Notes: generated from the letters alone by a model not told the origin. Positions 1 to 9,653 are shown, counted from the stretch's first letter. The stretch: DNA of 64,000 nucleotides from Verrucomicrobiota bacterium (GCA_040386695.1 JAZKFB010000038.1:23157-87156); one strand, 5' to 3'. Numbers and translations are program-made.

Positions 1-538
1 GCGCGGTGCCGCGGCTGGTGGTCTCCGCCGCCAGTTGGTTCCGCAGCCACTCGTGGTCCAGGGTCAGCGGGCTGATGAGATGCGCGCCCCGGTCGAAATA
101 CACCGCGCCGATGCGGTCGTCCGCGCGGTTTTTGATGAACTCCGCGACCACGCTTTTCATGGCCTCGGCGCGGCTGACGCGTTTTTTATCCAGGAAGAAA
201 TCGCGGGTGGTCATGGTGCTGGAGAAGTCCAGGACGAACATGATATTGACCCCGCGCTTCTCGCGTTCCGCAAGGCCCTTGTCCACCTGCGGGCGGGCAA
301 GGGCCACGATGAGCAGGGCCAGCGCCGCGTAACGCAGCGCGGCCAGAAACCGTCCGGGCACCGCCCGCTTGCGCCGCGCGCCTTCGGACAGCAGGGCGGA
401 GGAGGAAAACTGCACGGCGGCGGCCCGGCCGAAGCGGCCCCGGAGAAACATCCACAGCGGCAGCACGGCCAGCAGCCACAGCAGCTCCGGATTGGCGAAG
501 CGCAGGGTGTCCAGCGGTGGCAGGAAGTCGCGGATCAT
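1..538 (-). CDS. VWA-domain membrane protein, BatA-like (N-terminal part; runs off window start)
   Basis: My own translation of the minus strand from ATG at 538 gives MIRDFLPPLDTLRFANPELLWLLAVLPLWMF..., then RGVNIMFVLDFSSTMTT (MIDAS-type DxSxS/T). The start overlaps the stop of the upstream gene (ATGA). It sits downstream of MoxR-DUF58-DUF4381 as in Bat operons. It is absent from the ORF track because there is no stop in the window. Confidence 0.7.
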   Translation of the reverse strand, partial: MIRDFLPPLDTLRFANPELLWLLAVLPLWMFLRGRFGRAAAVQFSSSALLSEGARRKRAVPGRFLAALRYAALALLIVALARPQVDKGLAEREKRGVNIMFVLDFSSTMTTRDFFLDKKRVSRAEAMKSVVAEFIKNRADDRIGAVYFDRGAHLISPLTLDHEWLRNQLAAETTSRGTA

Positions 539-1056
539 CGGACGGGCAGGGGCGTGTGACGCGTTTCTTTGACAAAGCTGACGGCGGCGGTGTGCAGATT
601 CTCCAGCTCGGAGCGGTCCGCCAGAGTGCGGGCGAATTTCAGGAGGTCGCAGATTTTCAGGAATTCCGCGAGCAGTGCCTGGTGTTTCTTCTCCAGTTTG
701 GGCGAATGGCTGGCCTCCTCCAGAAATTCCTCCGTCGAGCGCCGGGGCGCGCTGAGGTCGAAGCGGAATTCGATATAACGCCGGATGACCGAAGAGCTTT
801 CCGTGCCGTAAGGCCGCGACTCGCCGCGTTCCACCAGCGCGAAGATGTGCTCCAGCTCCGCCAGCGCGTCCATCCACGCTTTTTCCATGGATCTGTTATA
901 GCGGCGGACGGCGGCGGTGCGGCGCCGCCAGTGGATGAAACGCCAGAGCAGATACGCCGCCGCGATGGCCCCGATGACATGCAGCCAGTTGATGTGGAGC
1001 TGCGGCGGCGGCTCCGCCAACTGGAGGTCATCAATGAGCTGGCCTTCAGGATTCAC
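535..1056 (-). CDS. DUF4381-like membrane protein of the Bat/MoxR operon
   Basis: 173-aa ORF with one TM segment (WLHVIGAIAAAYLLW), then RRR and the motifs TEEFLEE and CDLLKFAR typical of DUF4381. Translationally coupled to both neighbours. Confidence 0.6.
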   Translation of the reverse strand: MNPEGQLIDDLQLAEPPPQLHINWLHVIGAIAAAYLLWRFIHWRRRTAAVRRYNRSMEKAWMDALAELEHIFALVERGESRPYGTESSSVIRRYIEFRFDLSAPRRSTEEFLEEASHSPKLEKKHQALLAEFLKICDLLKFARTLADRSELENLHTAAVSFVKETRHTPLPVR

Positions 1057-1934
1057 AGGTGCCGCCTCCGGATGCGCTTTTCAAAAAACTGCATCAGCCC
1101 GCGCAGGTAGGGCTGATCCGTTTGCAGCTCAATGCTGTCCAGGCCCGAGCGGCGGAAGAGCCGGCGGAGGTCCATCAGTCTTTTGAGCCCGGCTTTGGCA
1201 AAGCGCATCCGCGCCTCGGGATCGCCGGTGTTGAATTCCATGACCTCGCCGGTTTCCGCATCTTCGAAAGTCACCCAGCCCAGATCCGGCAGCAGCCGCT
1301 CGGAGGGGTCGATGATGGGGACGGCGATGAGGTCGTGTTTGCGGGCGGTGATTTTCAGGGCGCGGTCGAAATCCGGGGCCATGAAATCCGACAGCGCAAA
1401 AATCACCGAGCGGCGGGCCAGTGCCCGGTTGATGTGGTAAAGCGCGCCGGTCAGGTCCGTGCCGCGCCCGGCGGGTTTCAGGGTCAGAATTTCGCTGATC
1501 AGCCGCAGAACATGGCGGCGGCCCTTGCCGGGGCGGATGTAGCGTTCCGTGCGGTCGGTGAAGAGCAGCGCGCCCACGCGGTCGTTGTTCTGAATGGCGC
1601 TGAAAGCCAGCACCGCCGCGATTTCGGCGGCGAACTCCCGCTTGCTGTGATCGACGGAACCGGTGCTGCCGCTGGCGCTGATGTCCACCAGCAGCATCAC
1701 GGTCATCTCCCGCTCCTCGACGTATTTTTTGATGTGGGTGACGCCGGTGCGCGCGGTCACGTTCCAGTCAATGCGCCGCACCTCGTCCCCGGCCTGGTAT
1801 TCGCGCACTTCATCAAAATCCATCCCCCGGCCCTTGAAGACCGAGTGATAGGGTCCGGCCATGAGATCCTCCACGAGCCGCAGGGTGCGCAGCTCGATGT
1901 GCCGGATCTTCTTCAGCCACTCGCGCGGGATCAT
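1053..1934 (-). CDS. DUF58 family protein (VWA-like, MoxR partner)
   Basis: 293-aa ORF with YQAGDEVRRIDWNVTAR and LLVDISASG motifs. It overlaps moxR by 4 nt. Confidence 0.85.
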   Translation of the reverse strand: MIPREWLKKIRHIELRTLRLVEDLMAGPYHSVFKGRGMDFDEVREYQAGDEVRRIDWNVTARTGVTHIKKYVEEREMTVMLLVDISASGSTGSVDHSKREFAAEIAAVLAFSAIQNNDRVGALLFTDRTERYIRPGKGRRHVLRLISEILTLKPAGRGTDLTGALYHINRALARRSVIFALSDFMAPDFDRALKITARKHDLIAVPIIDPSERLLPDLGWVTFEDAETGEVMEFNTGDPEARMRFAKAGLKRLMDLRRLFRRSGLDSIELQTDQPYLRGLMQFFEKRIRRRHL

Positions 1935-2920
1935 GGCACGGCGACGGTCGCGAGGATGCGTTCCACGATCCAGCCGCTGGTGACATCATCGGCGTCCGCC
2001 TCAAAGGTGGTGATGATGCGGTGGCGGAGGACGTCCATGGCGATGCTTTTCACATCCTGCGGCGTCACATAACCCCGGCCCTCCAGAAAGGCGCGGGCTT
2101 TGGCCGCCAGAGCCAGATTGATGGTCGCGCGCGGACTGGCCCCGTAGCGGATCAGGCCCTCCAGCTTCGGCGCGAAACGCTTGGGCTCGCGGGTGGCGAA
2201 GACCAGACGGATAATATAATCCTCAATCTGCTCATCGACGTGGACGAGGTCCACCATGTCCCGCATTTCCAGAATTTTCTCGGGATGCACCACCGCCCGC
2301 AGCGGCTCGCGCATCGCCGTTTTGGCCATCAGCCGCATGATGTGTTTTTCCTCGGTTTCGCTGGGATAACCGATCACCACTTTCAGCATGAAGCGGTCCA
2401 CCTGCGCCTCCGGCAGGGAGTAGGTGCCCTCCTGATCGATGGGGTTCTGCGTGGCCAGCACCAGAAAAGGCCGGGGCAGAGGAAAGGTCTCGTCGCCAAT
2501 GGTCACCTGCCGCTCCTGCATGGCCTCCAGCAGCGCGCTCTGCACCTTGGCGGGAGCGCGGTTGATTTCGTCCGCCAGAATCAGGTTGGCGAAAACGGGA
2601 CCTTTCTTCGTGGAGTAGGTCCCTTCGCGGGGATTGTAGATCAAATTCCCCACCAGGTCGCTGGGCAGCAGATCCGGCGTGAACTGGATGCGGGAGAACT
2701 TCGTGTGAATGGTCTGCGCCAAAGCACTGATGGTCGCCGTTTTCGCCAATCCGGGCACCCCCTCCAGCAGCACATGCCCGTTGGCCAGCAGGCCGATCAG
2801 CAGGCGCTCCACGAGATAAGTCTGCCCCACAATGGCTTTTCCGACCTCCGCTTTGATGGCGTCAATGGTGGGATGCATCGCCGCGATCTGCCGATTGATG
2901 TCTTCGAGTTGCGAGGTCAT
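1931..2920 (-). CDS. moxR: MoxR-family AAA+ ATPase
   Basis: 329-aa ORF with Walker A LLEGVPGLAKT, Walker B ILADEINRAP and the conserved VLATQNPIDQEGTY motif. Confidence 0.9.
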   Translation of the reverse strand: MTSQLEDINRQIAAMHPTIDAIKAEVGKAIVGQTYLVERLLIGLLANGHVLLEGVPGLAKTATISALAQTIHTKFSRIQFTPDLLPSDLVGNLIYNPREGTYSTKKGPVFANLILADEINRAPAKVQSALLEAMQERQVTIGDETFPLPRPFLVLATQNPIDQEGTYSLPEAQVDRFMLKVVIGYPSETEEKHIMRLMAKTAMREPLRAVVHPEKILEMRDMVDLVHVDEQIEDYIIRLVFATREPKRFAPKLEGLIRYGASPRATINLALAAKARAFLEGRGYVTPQDVKSIAMDVLRHRIITTFEADADDVTSGWIVERILATVAVP

Positions 2921-3072
2921 AAAAAATACAGGGCATCAGACAGTTACGGAACCCCGCCGTTCACCTCCCGGCGGCATTTTCCGTGCCTGCGCGGGATCAT
3001 TAAGGAGCCGCCGCTGACAAAGCAAGTTTTTGTTCCCGGCCCGGGCGGGGGATTTTCGCCGGACGCATCGCA

Positions 3073-3153
3073 GGGCCAAAGGCCCATTCCATCCCAGCCT
3101 GGGGCAACGCCCCAGGAAACGTGAACAAAAGAATCCCAAGGGCTGAAAGCCCG
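3073..3153 (+). repeat. REP-like element, family A, forward copy
   Basis: Three hairpin modules: GGCC-AAA-GGCC, CCTGGGGC-AAC-GCCCCAGG and GGGCT-GAA-AGCCC. It lies immediately 3' of the RAYT gene. Confidence 0.7.
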
Positions 3154-3162
3154 TCCTATCGG

Positions 3163-3615
3163 TCAGTCCCAGACATAGGCCTCGTCATACTCCACACCGT
3201 ATTTTTTCAGGAACATACGAAACTCGTCCTGAAACGTGCGTGCGCGGTGGTGATCCTCCTGGTCGTCAATGTATGCCCGGAGCGCATCCACATCCCCGGG
3301 GCCGACGGAAAAACAACCGTAACCGCGTTGCCACGCGAAAGCCGCAAGGCCGGATGATTGAGTTTTCACCCATTTGGAGGACGATGATTTCAACTCCTGG
3401 ACCAGATCCGCGATGGTGACAGTGCGCGATAACCGGATGGCGAGGTGAACATGGTCCGTGACGCCGCCAACGCGATACGCCTCACAGCCGATGTTGCGGG
3501 CGACGGTCGCGAGATAGGCGTGGAGTTTGGGGCGCGTTTCGGGGTCGAGGAACGGGTGGCGGTCCTTCGTGCTGAAGATGACGTGGATGATGACGAGTGA
3601 GAGCGATTGCGGCAT
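3163..3615 (-). CDS. REP-associated tyrosine transposase (RAYT), IS200/IS605 TnpA-like Y1 HUH enzyme
   Basis: 150-aa ORF with an MPQSL..HVIFSTKDR N-terminus, HUH motif DHVHL and a C-terminal YIDDQEDHH tyrosine region. It is flanked by inverted family-A REP copies. Confidence 0.8.
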   Translation of the reverse strand: MPQSLSLVIIHVIFSTKDRHPFLDPETRPKLHAYLATVARNIGCEAYRVGGVTDHVHLAIRLSRTVTIADLVQELKSSSSKWVKTQSSGLAAFAWQRGYGCFSVGPGDVDALRAYIDDQEDHHRARTFQDEFRMFLKKYGVEYDEAYVWD

Positions 3616-3626
3616 GGCGATGAGGC

Positions 3627-3707
3627 GGGCTTTCAGCCCTCAGGGGTTCCCGGGCCATAGTTCCTGGGGCGTTTCCTCAGGCTGGGATAGGGGCGCGCCC
3701 TTGGCGC
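3627..3707 (-). repeat. REP-like element, family A, inverted and partly degenerate copy
   Basis: GGGCTTTCAGCCC ... TTCCTGGGGCGTTTCCTCAGGCTGGG ... GCGCGCCCTTGGCGC. It overlaps the last ~25 codons and the stop of the hsdM-hsdS ORF. Confidence 0.65.
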
Positions 3708-6591
3708 TGGCGGAGTCCTCGCCCCAGATGCGGGCGAGGGTGGCCTGGATTTTTTGCTCGAAGCGGGTGATTAGTTCGCGGTTGGCGGCGACGAGGGCCT
3801 GCTCGGCTTCGATTTCGGCCACGATGGCTTGCTGCGTGGCGAGGGGTGGGAGGGGGATTAAATACTCCTTCAAGACTTGAGCGCTCAAGTTGCTCTGATT
3901 CCCTCCTCGGGCATCGCTGACTTTTCTCAGGTCTTCGTAGTGGGATTGAAGCACTCGGAAAAGATACCCGTTGTCGATTGAGTCGCCCTTGAGTTGAAAA
4001 ACGGCACACGCCTGATTAACCGCCGCATCTATACCGAGAATCGCGACCCTGCCGCGTGTGACACCTTGGCCATACATTGCCATCAATACGGTGCCTTTGG
4101 GCACGATCCATGTGGCCGAGTTCTTCAGGCCTTCTGCGGTGATGAACTCGTTTACTCGGTCAATTATTCCGTAGTCGATGAGCGTTGTTGTGACCCATGG
4201 AATGTCGCCTTCCCAATATGATTCATTCGACCGGTCCGGTGTTCCGCCTGACTTGATCGTGCAGATTTCGCCCAACTCCACCATCGGCCAGTCGGGGTGG
4301 ATGGGGATGTGGGGGCGATAGTGGTCGAGGACGGCGTGGGCGCCGTTGATGACTTTCTGGTAGCCCTCGATCTCCGCCACGATCTCCTTCTGCACCTCCA
4401 GCGGTGGCAGGGGGATTTGGAAGTTTTCCACGTAATCGCGAGGCACGCGCTGCAAACCTCCCGTGCCGGTCATCTGAGCGACAGCCGTATCCCGGAAGAG
4501 CGGGTGCATCACGCAGAAATAAACCCACTCCGGCAACACCTGACCATTGCTCCGGAGCACGTAAAACTCACTGGAGCCAAAGCCTATCCCATTGCGGAGG
4601 CCACGGGCAATACCCGCTTTGCCATTCTCAAAACACGGCGTGACTTTGGCGAGGAGAACGTCGTTATCCGCGAAATAAGTGTAGCTCGCTCCGACTTCTG
4701 AAAGGGCCTTCTCCTCTTGAGCCTCAAATGAAATGTTGTGCTCGTTGAGGTCGGCCATGGGCACGAACGAGACGGGTGTTTGGGGATTGCCTGTGACCTG
4801 GCTTTTCCTTGGATTCACCGTGCAAACCTCACCAAGCTTGACCAAGGGAAGGAGGTTCGTGCTGGCTGCCCCCTCCCGATACCGCTCGCCGCTGAGGTTG
4901 TAGTCGCCATTCGCGGCGATCTTTTCTTTTGAGATGATGAGGCCGCATTGGAAGATGGGGCGGGCTTTCAGCCCGTCATCATCCGGACTGGCGATGTTCC
5001 CAGGGCGTTGCCCTGGGCTGGCATGGGGCGGACCTTTGGCCCTGAGCGCGGCGGCGTCATCGGTATCCATCGCATCGGCACCGGCCGTTGGCGCGCCAAC
5101 GGCGCAATTCATCCCAGCCTGGGGCGCCGCCCCAGGTTTACGGACCACCAGAGAATCCGAGGGCTGAAGGCCCGATCCATCATTGGCGCGGGAGCGGGAG
5201 ATGGGACGGGCCTTCAGCCCTTCCCCGTTTGGCGGGACGGGTTCCTGGGGCGTTGCCCCAGGCTGGGATGGGGTCGCGCCTTTGGCTCTGAAATCCACCG
5301 GGCCTTTGGCTCTGAATTCACCGGTCCTCGACTCACCCAACCTCGATTCACCGGTGCGGAGGGCGTGGAGGTAGGCGGTGAGTTCCGCCTGGACTTGCGG
5401 AAGGTCGTTTCGCTCGATGGCTCTGCGCTGGGCACCGAGGCCGAAACCGTCGGCCTCCACTTTGAAGAAGGCGATGGTGTCGCTCATCCGTGCGAGTGAT
5501 TTGTCGAGGATGAGAATACTGGTCTTCACTCCGGAGTAGGGATTGAAACAGCCCGCCGGGAGGGAGACGACGGCGACGAGGGAATTTTCCACGAGCATCT
5601 TCCGCAGTTCCTTGTAGGCCGTCTGGCTCTGGAAGATGATGCCCTCCGGGACGATGATGCCGGCGCGCCCGGTTGGCGTGAGGTGCTCCGCCATGTAGTC
5701 CACAAAGAGGACCTCGCTGCGCTTGGCCTGGATGGAGAAACGCTTGTGGGGCTTGATGCCGCCTTTAGGAGACATGAAGGGGGGATTGGCGAGGATGACG
5801 TCGGCGAACTCGTTCCAGCGCTCCTCGGAGGTGAGGGTGTCGTATTCGTAGATGTGGGGATCGGTGAAGCCGTGGAGGTAGAGGTTCACCAGGGAGAGGC
5901 GCACCATGTCGGGCGAGATGTCGTAGCCTTTGAAGTTTTTGGCGAGGCGACCGCGGTCGTCGGGGGTGAGCCGGCTGTGGCCTTTGGCGTCGGTGTTGGC
6001 GCGGAGGATGTGCTTGAAAGAGGAGATGAGGAACCCGGCGGTGCCGCAGGCGGGGTCGAGGATGGTCTCGGTTTTCTTTGGATCAACGACCGCGACCATG
6101 AAATCGATGATGTGGCGCGGGGTGCGGAACTGCCCGGCATCGCCCTGCGAGCCGAGGACGCTGAGCAGGTACTCGAAGGCGTCGCCGAGGCGCTCGCTGT
6201 GATCGTAGCTGAACTCGTCGATGATCTTGAGGAAGGCCTTGAGCGTCTCCGGGTCGCGGTAGGGGAGGTAGGCGTTCTTGAAGATGTCGCGGAAGAGCGC
6301 CGGGATGCCGGGGTTTTCGGGCATTTTGGAGATGCCTTCGCCGTAGAGGCCGAGCATCTCGTGGCCACCGATGCCCGCCTGCATGAGCCTGGCCCAGCCG
6401 TAGCGGGCGAAGTCGCCGGTGAAGAACTTGCGCCTGCCGCCGAGTTCCTCGGACTCGGCGTCCATGTCATCCATGAACTTGTAGATCAGGGCGATGGTGA
6501 TCTGCTCGACCTGGGACTTCGGGTCGGGGACCTTACCGACGAGGATGTCCCGGGCGGTGTCGATTCGGCGTTTGGTATTGGTGTCGAGCAT
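3640..6591 (-). CDS. hsdMS: Type I R-M methyltransferase-specificity fusion (HsdM N6-adenine MTase fused to a two-TRD HsdS) carrying an in-frame REP-derived insert
   Basis: 983-aa ORF. The N-terminus has the HsdM_N-like motif ITIALIYKFMDD, AdoMet motif DPACGTAGFL and catalytic ILANPPF. The HsdM C-terminal motif is IAANGDYNLSGERY. Two TRD/conserved-helix units follow (LPPLEVQKEIVAEIE and LPPLATQQAIVAEIE). Confidence 0.8.
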   Translation of the reverse strand: MLDTNTKRRIDTARDILVGKVPDPKSQVEQITIALIYKFMDDMDAESEELGGRRKFFTGDFARYGWARLMQAGIGGHEMLGLYGEGISKMPENPGIPALFRDIFKNAYLPYRDPETLKAFLKIIDEFSYDHSERLGDAFEYLLSVLGSQGDAGQFRTPRHIIDFMVAVVDPKKTETILDPACGTAGFLISSFKHILRANTDAKGHSRLTPDDRGRLAKNFKGYDISPDMVRLSLVNLYLHGFTDPHIYEYDTLTSEERWNEFADVILANPPFMSPKGGIKPHKRFSIQAKRSEVLFVDYMAEHLTPTGRAGIIVPEGIIFQSQTAYKELRKMLVENSLVAVVSLPAGCFNPYSGVKTSILILDKSLARMSDTIAFFKVEADGFGLGAQRRAIERNDLPQVQAELTAYLHALRTGESRLGESRTGEFRAKGPVDFRAKGATPSQPGATPQEPVPPNGEGLKARPISRSRANDGSGLQPSDSLVVRKPGAAPQAGMNCAVGAPTAGADAMDTDDAAALRAKGPPHASPGQRPGNIASPDDDGLKARPIFQCGLIISKEKIAANGDYNLSGERYREGAASTNLLPLVKLGEVCTVNPRKSQVTGNPQTPVSFVPMADLNEHNISFEAQEEKALSEVGASYTYFADNDVLLAKVTPCFENGKAGIARGLRNGIGFGSSEFYVLRSNGQVLPEWVYFCVMHPLFRDTAVAQMTGTGGLQRVPRDYVENFQIPLPPLEVQKEIVAEIEGYQKVINGAHAVLDHYRPHIPIHPDWPMVELGEICTIKSGGTPDRSNESYWEGDIPWVTTTLIDYGIIDRVNEFITAEGLKNSATWIVPKGTVLMAMYGQGVTRGRVAILGIDAAVNQACAVFQLKGDSIDNGYLFRVLQSHYEDLRKVSDARGGNQSNLSAQVLKEYLIPLPPLATQQAIVAEIEAEQALVAANRELITRFEQKIQATLARIWGEDSASAKGAPLSQPEETPQELWPGNP
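4961..5312. repeat. Cluster of three family-A REP-like elements (inverted 4961-5042, forward 5087-5174, inverted 5208-5312) inside the hsdMS coding sequence
   Basis: Same three hairpin modules as 3073-3153, in alternating orientation (BIME-like). A short tandem GGTGAATC/GAGCCAAAGGC tract follows, up to about 5350. Confidence 0.75.
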
Positions 6592-6599
6592 GGGGGGGG

Positions 6600-9130
6600 C
6601 TAAGCCGCAAATTGATTCAGGGAAACGTAATCCTTGATGTATTCGGGGATGAGGGTGCGGTATTTCGCGGGGACGGCTTTGAAGTCCTTCGTTGAGAAAA
6701 CAGGGTTTGTGGCGAGGTCGGTGAGGTGGCCGGACTCGATGATGTGGCGGATGGCATCGCTGGTGGCGTAGGCCTTGAAGTAGGTCCTGATAGCTGGGAG
6801 GGCCTCAGCTTCCTCCGGCTTCCGGTCGGCGACGAACTTGGAGAATTCCTCTTCGAGCAATTCGTCCCTGGACTTGAAGCGCGGGATGAGGCCGAAAATC
6901 TTTTCGAGGATCTCGCGCAGGGTGAGACGACGGTCCACGCCGGCGGCTTTCCGCAGCTTTTCGAGGGAGTAGAATTCGGACGGCTTGTCGAAGACTTCCC
7001 GGTTCACATAATCGATGACGCGGTCCCACTGACCGGACTCGACGCTGGCGGCGATGAAGTCGTTTTCGCGCACCACGTCCTCGAACTTCGCGTAGAACTC
7101 GCGGTCGATGCGCATTCCCCCGCAGCCGATGGTTTCCTCCCGGATGGTGGAGAGGATGTCCTCGCCAAGGTGCTCGTAAATGCCGCCGGTGAAGGTGGGG
7201 CCTTCACCGGCGTTCTCGCCGCTCTGCGCCCTGGGTTTCGGCAGCTTGAGGACTTGGTCGTAGTTGTATTCCTCCTCGAAATATTCGCAGTTTGCGAAGA
7301 AGTCGAAGAGCTTGAAGGCGGTCTTCCTGGGCTCCTTAACGCTTTCCCTGATGGTGTCGTCGAAGAGCTGTTCGCGGAAGTCGTGCTTCCGGGTGCCGCG
7401 GCCTTTGATCTGGATGAAATCGGTGGGTGAAAAGATGGGGCGGAAGAGGCCGAGATTCAGGATGTCCGGGCAATCGTAGCCGGTGGTCATCATGCCCACG
7501 GTGACACAGACGCGGGCCTTGCTGGTCCTGTAGGTGGGGATAAAATTGGCGGAGCCGAGAAGGTTGTTGTTGGTGAAATTAATGGTGTGCTGCTGCGCGC
7601 CGTCCACCTGCGAGGTGACCTGCACGGCAAAGTCGGAACTGTATTTGCCGGGAAACATGCGGTCGGCCATCTCGTTGAGAACCTGCGCGAGTTTGGTCGC
7701 GTGGTTCTGGCTGACGGCGAAGACGACAGATTTTCCGATCTCACCGCTGATGGGATCGCGAAGAGCGTTTTCGAGGAAGATTTTGCAGAAGAGCTGATTG
7801 GTGGCGGGGGAGAAGAAGCGTTTCTCAAACTCGCGCTGCCGGTAAGCCTCCTCCTGGTCGTCGCCGTTCTCGTCCTTGAACTGAGCGACGAAACCGGATT
7901 CGGACAGCAACTGCGTGGTGACCTCGCTGCGGGCGTCGACGATGGTGGGATTGATGAGGAAGCCGTCCTTCACGCCATCGAGCAGCGAGTAGCGGTAAGT
8001 GGGCTGGCCATCGTCGCAGCCGAAGGTGCGGTAAGTGTCCAGCAGCAGGCGGCGCTCGAATTCGCGCGGGTCTTTGGTGGTGGGGGTGTCTCTGCTGAAC
8101 TTCTTGAGGTAGTCGCGCGGCGTGGCGGTGAGGCCGAGCTTGTAGCCGATGAAGTAATTGAAGACGGCGCGGGCATTGCCGCCGATGGAGCGGTGCGCTT
8201 CGTCGGAAATGACGAGATCGAAGTCGGTGGGCGAAAAGAGCTGCTGGTATTTGTTGTTGAAGAGCAGCGACTGGACAGTGGTGACGACGATTTCAGCACG
8301 CCGCCAGTCGTCGCGGTTCTCTTTGTAGACAACGCTTTTGTAATCATTCGCGAGCACCTTTTTGAATGCCTTGACCGCCTGGTCCTCAAGTTCCAAACGG
8401 TCCACGAGAAAGAGGACGCGGAGAGCGTTTCCGGTGCGGAGGAAGAGTTTGATGATGGCGGCGGCGGTGAGGGTCTTGCCGGTGCCGGTGGCCATTTCGA
8501 GAAGGAAGCGGTCGCTGCCTTTCCTCACCGCCTGCTGGATGGTGACGATGGCTTTCTTTTGGTAAGGCCGCAGGAAGCGGAGGCTGTTGACCTCCATGAA
8601 GCGCGGACGCTCGGCTTCGTTTTTCCATGCGGCTTCCGAGGCGTAGCCCGGGCGCTGGGTGAGCACCACGTAATCATCGGCGATGATTTCCTCGATGAGG
8701 CGCTTCGGGTCCGGCACGCCTTTCTGGTAGCCGGGACGGAGGTCGGGGTCGGGAACGCCGTGATGATGTGGGGATTGCCGCGATCGAGATCCCAGAAGTA
8801 GTGCAGGTTGCCGTTGGAAAGAATGACGAAGCGGCAGTTCTGGGACTTGGCGTATTTGCGCGCCTGCTCTTTGCCGACGAGGGGATTTTTGTCCTCGGCT
8901 TTGGCTTCGAGGACGATAAAGGGAAAACCTTTCTCGTTGAGCAGCAGAAAGTCGATGAAGCCCTTGCCCGCCTTCTCGAAGTTTTCGCCGAGCGCGTCGA
9001 GATCCTGCGTCTTCACCGTGACGTGGGGTTCAAGCTGGATATTCGCCGGGCCTTCCGCGTCCGCGAAGAACCGCCACCCTGCGTTTTCCAGCAGTTTGTT
9101 GATTTTGATGCGGGCGGTGGCTTCTTTCAT
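6600..9130 (-). pseudogene. hsdR: Type I restriction enzyme R subunit (EcoEI/IB-like HsdR), apparently split by a frameshift near 8727-8740
   Basis: The 8525-9130 frame gives the HsdR N-terminal nuclease domain ([21 protein letters not shown] ... FIVLEAKAEDK ... QARKYA), then degenerates. The 6600-8717 frame gives the SF2 helicase (LRPYQKKAI, MATGTGKT, DEAH-like ISDEAH, QIKGRGTR) and an EcoEI_R_C-like tail. The two frames join sensibly as ...AFPTPTSV/PGYQKGVPDPKRL. Confidence 0.7.
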
Positions 9131-9339
9131 GCGGCTGGAGCGAATTCGAGTTCGGACACGATGTGGTTTTTGCCGGCGGCTTTGTTTTTCGCGGGTAACC
9201 AGAGGCAGACGGGGATCCGAGTGCTGTGGAAGAGTTGGCCGGGGAGGGCGACTATGCAGTCCACGAGGTGGGCCTTGATGAGGGCTTTGCGGAGTTTTCC
9301 CTCGCCGGACTGGTTTGAGGACTTGGAACGGGCGGGCAT
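9127..9339 (-). pseudogene. 5'-truncated remnant of a second hsdM (C-terminal part of an N6-adenine MTase domain)
   Basis: The 70-aa ORF contains [38 protein letters not shown], the conserved HsdM block downstream of NPPF. No N-terminal or catalytic part is present. Its stop overlaps the hsdR start (ATGA). Confidence 0.55.
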
Positions 9340-9653
9340 GAGTTAAGTCGCGGATTCTAAAGGGGATCGGAGAGGGAACAAGCTTTTCCTGTCAGGCTTT
9401 TTAATAATCTGCATTTTGGGGAGTGTGGAATCTGCTGGCAATGCCGGATGGCCCTCCGGAGGCGCGGGTTCCGTGGGAGCAATTTGCTGGGCCGGGAAGG
9501 CCGATTGCACTTTTGACTCCGACAAAATAGACGCCCCGCTTTCCTGGAGATCTGGTCAGGAAGATCGTCGGAAGGGGCAAATGCCTTCAGAACTGAGATA
9601 AGTCATTGAAAATTAGATCTTGGTTTTGGTGAATTGCGACAGGCGGGACTGTG

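Noticed and set aside
186-1110. Track ORFs 35-559 (+), 186-575 (-) and 517-1110 (+) at the window start.
   Set aside because: They are alternative-frame or antisense readings of the BatA-like and DUF4381 genes. The BatA frame (start 538, minus) shows TM and MIDAS motifs, and the others show none.
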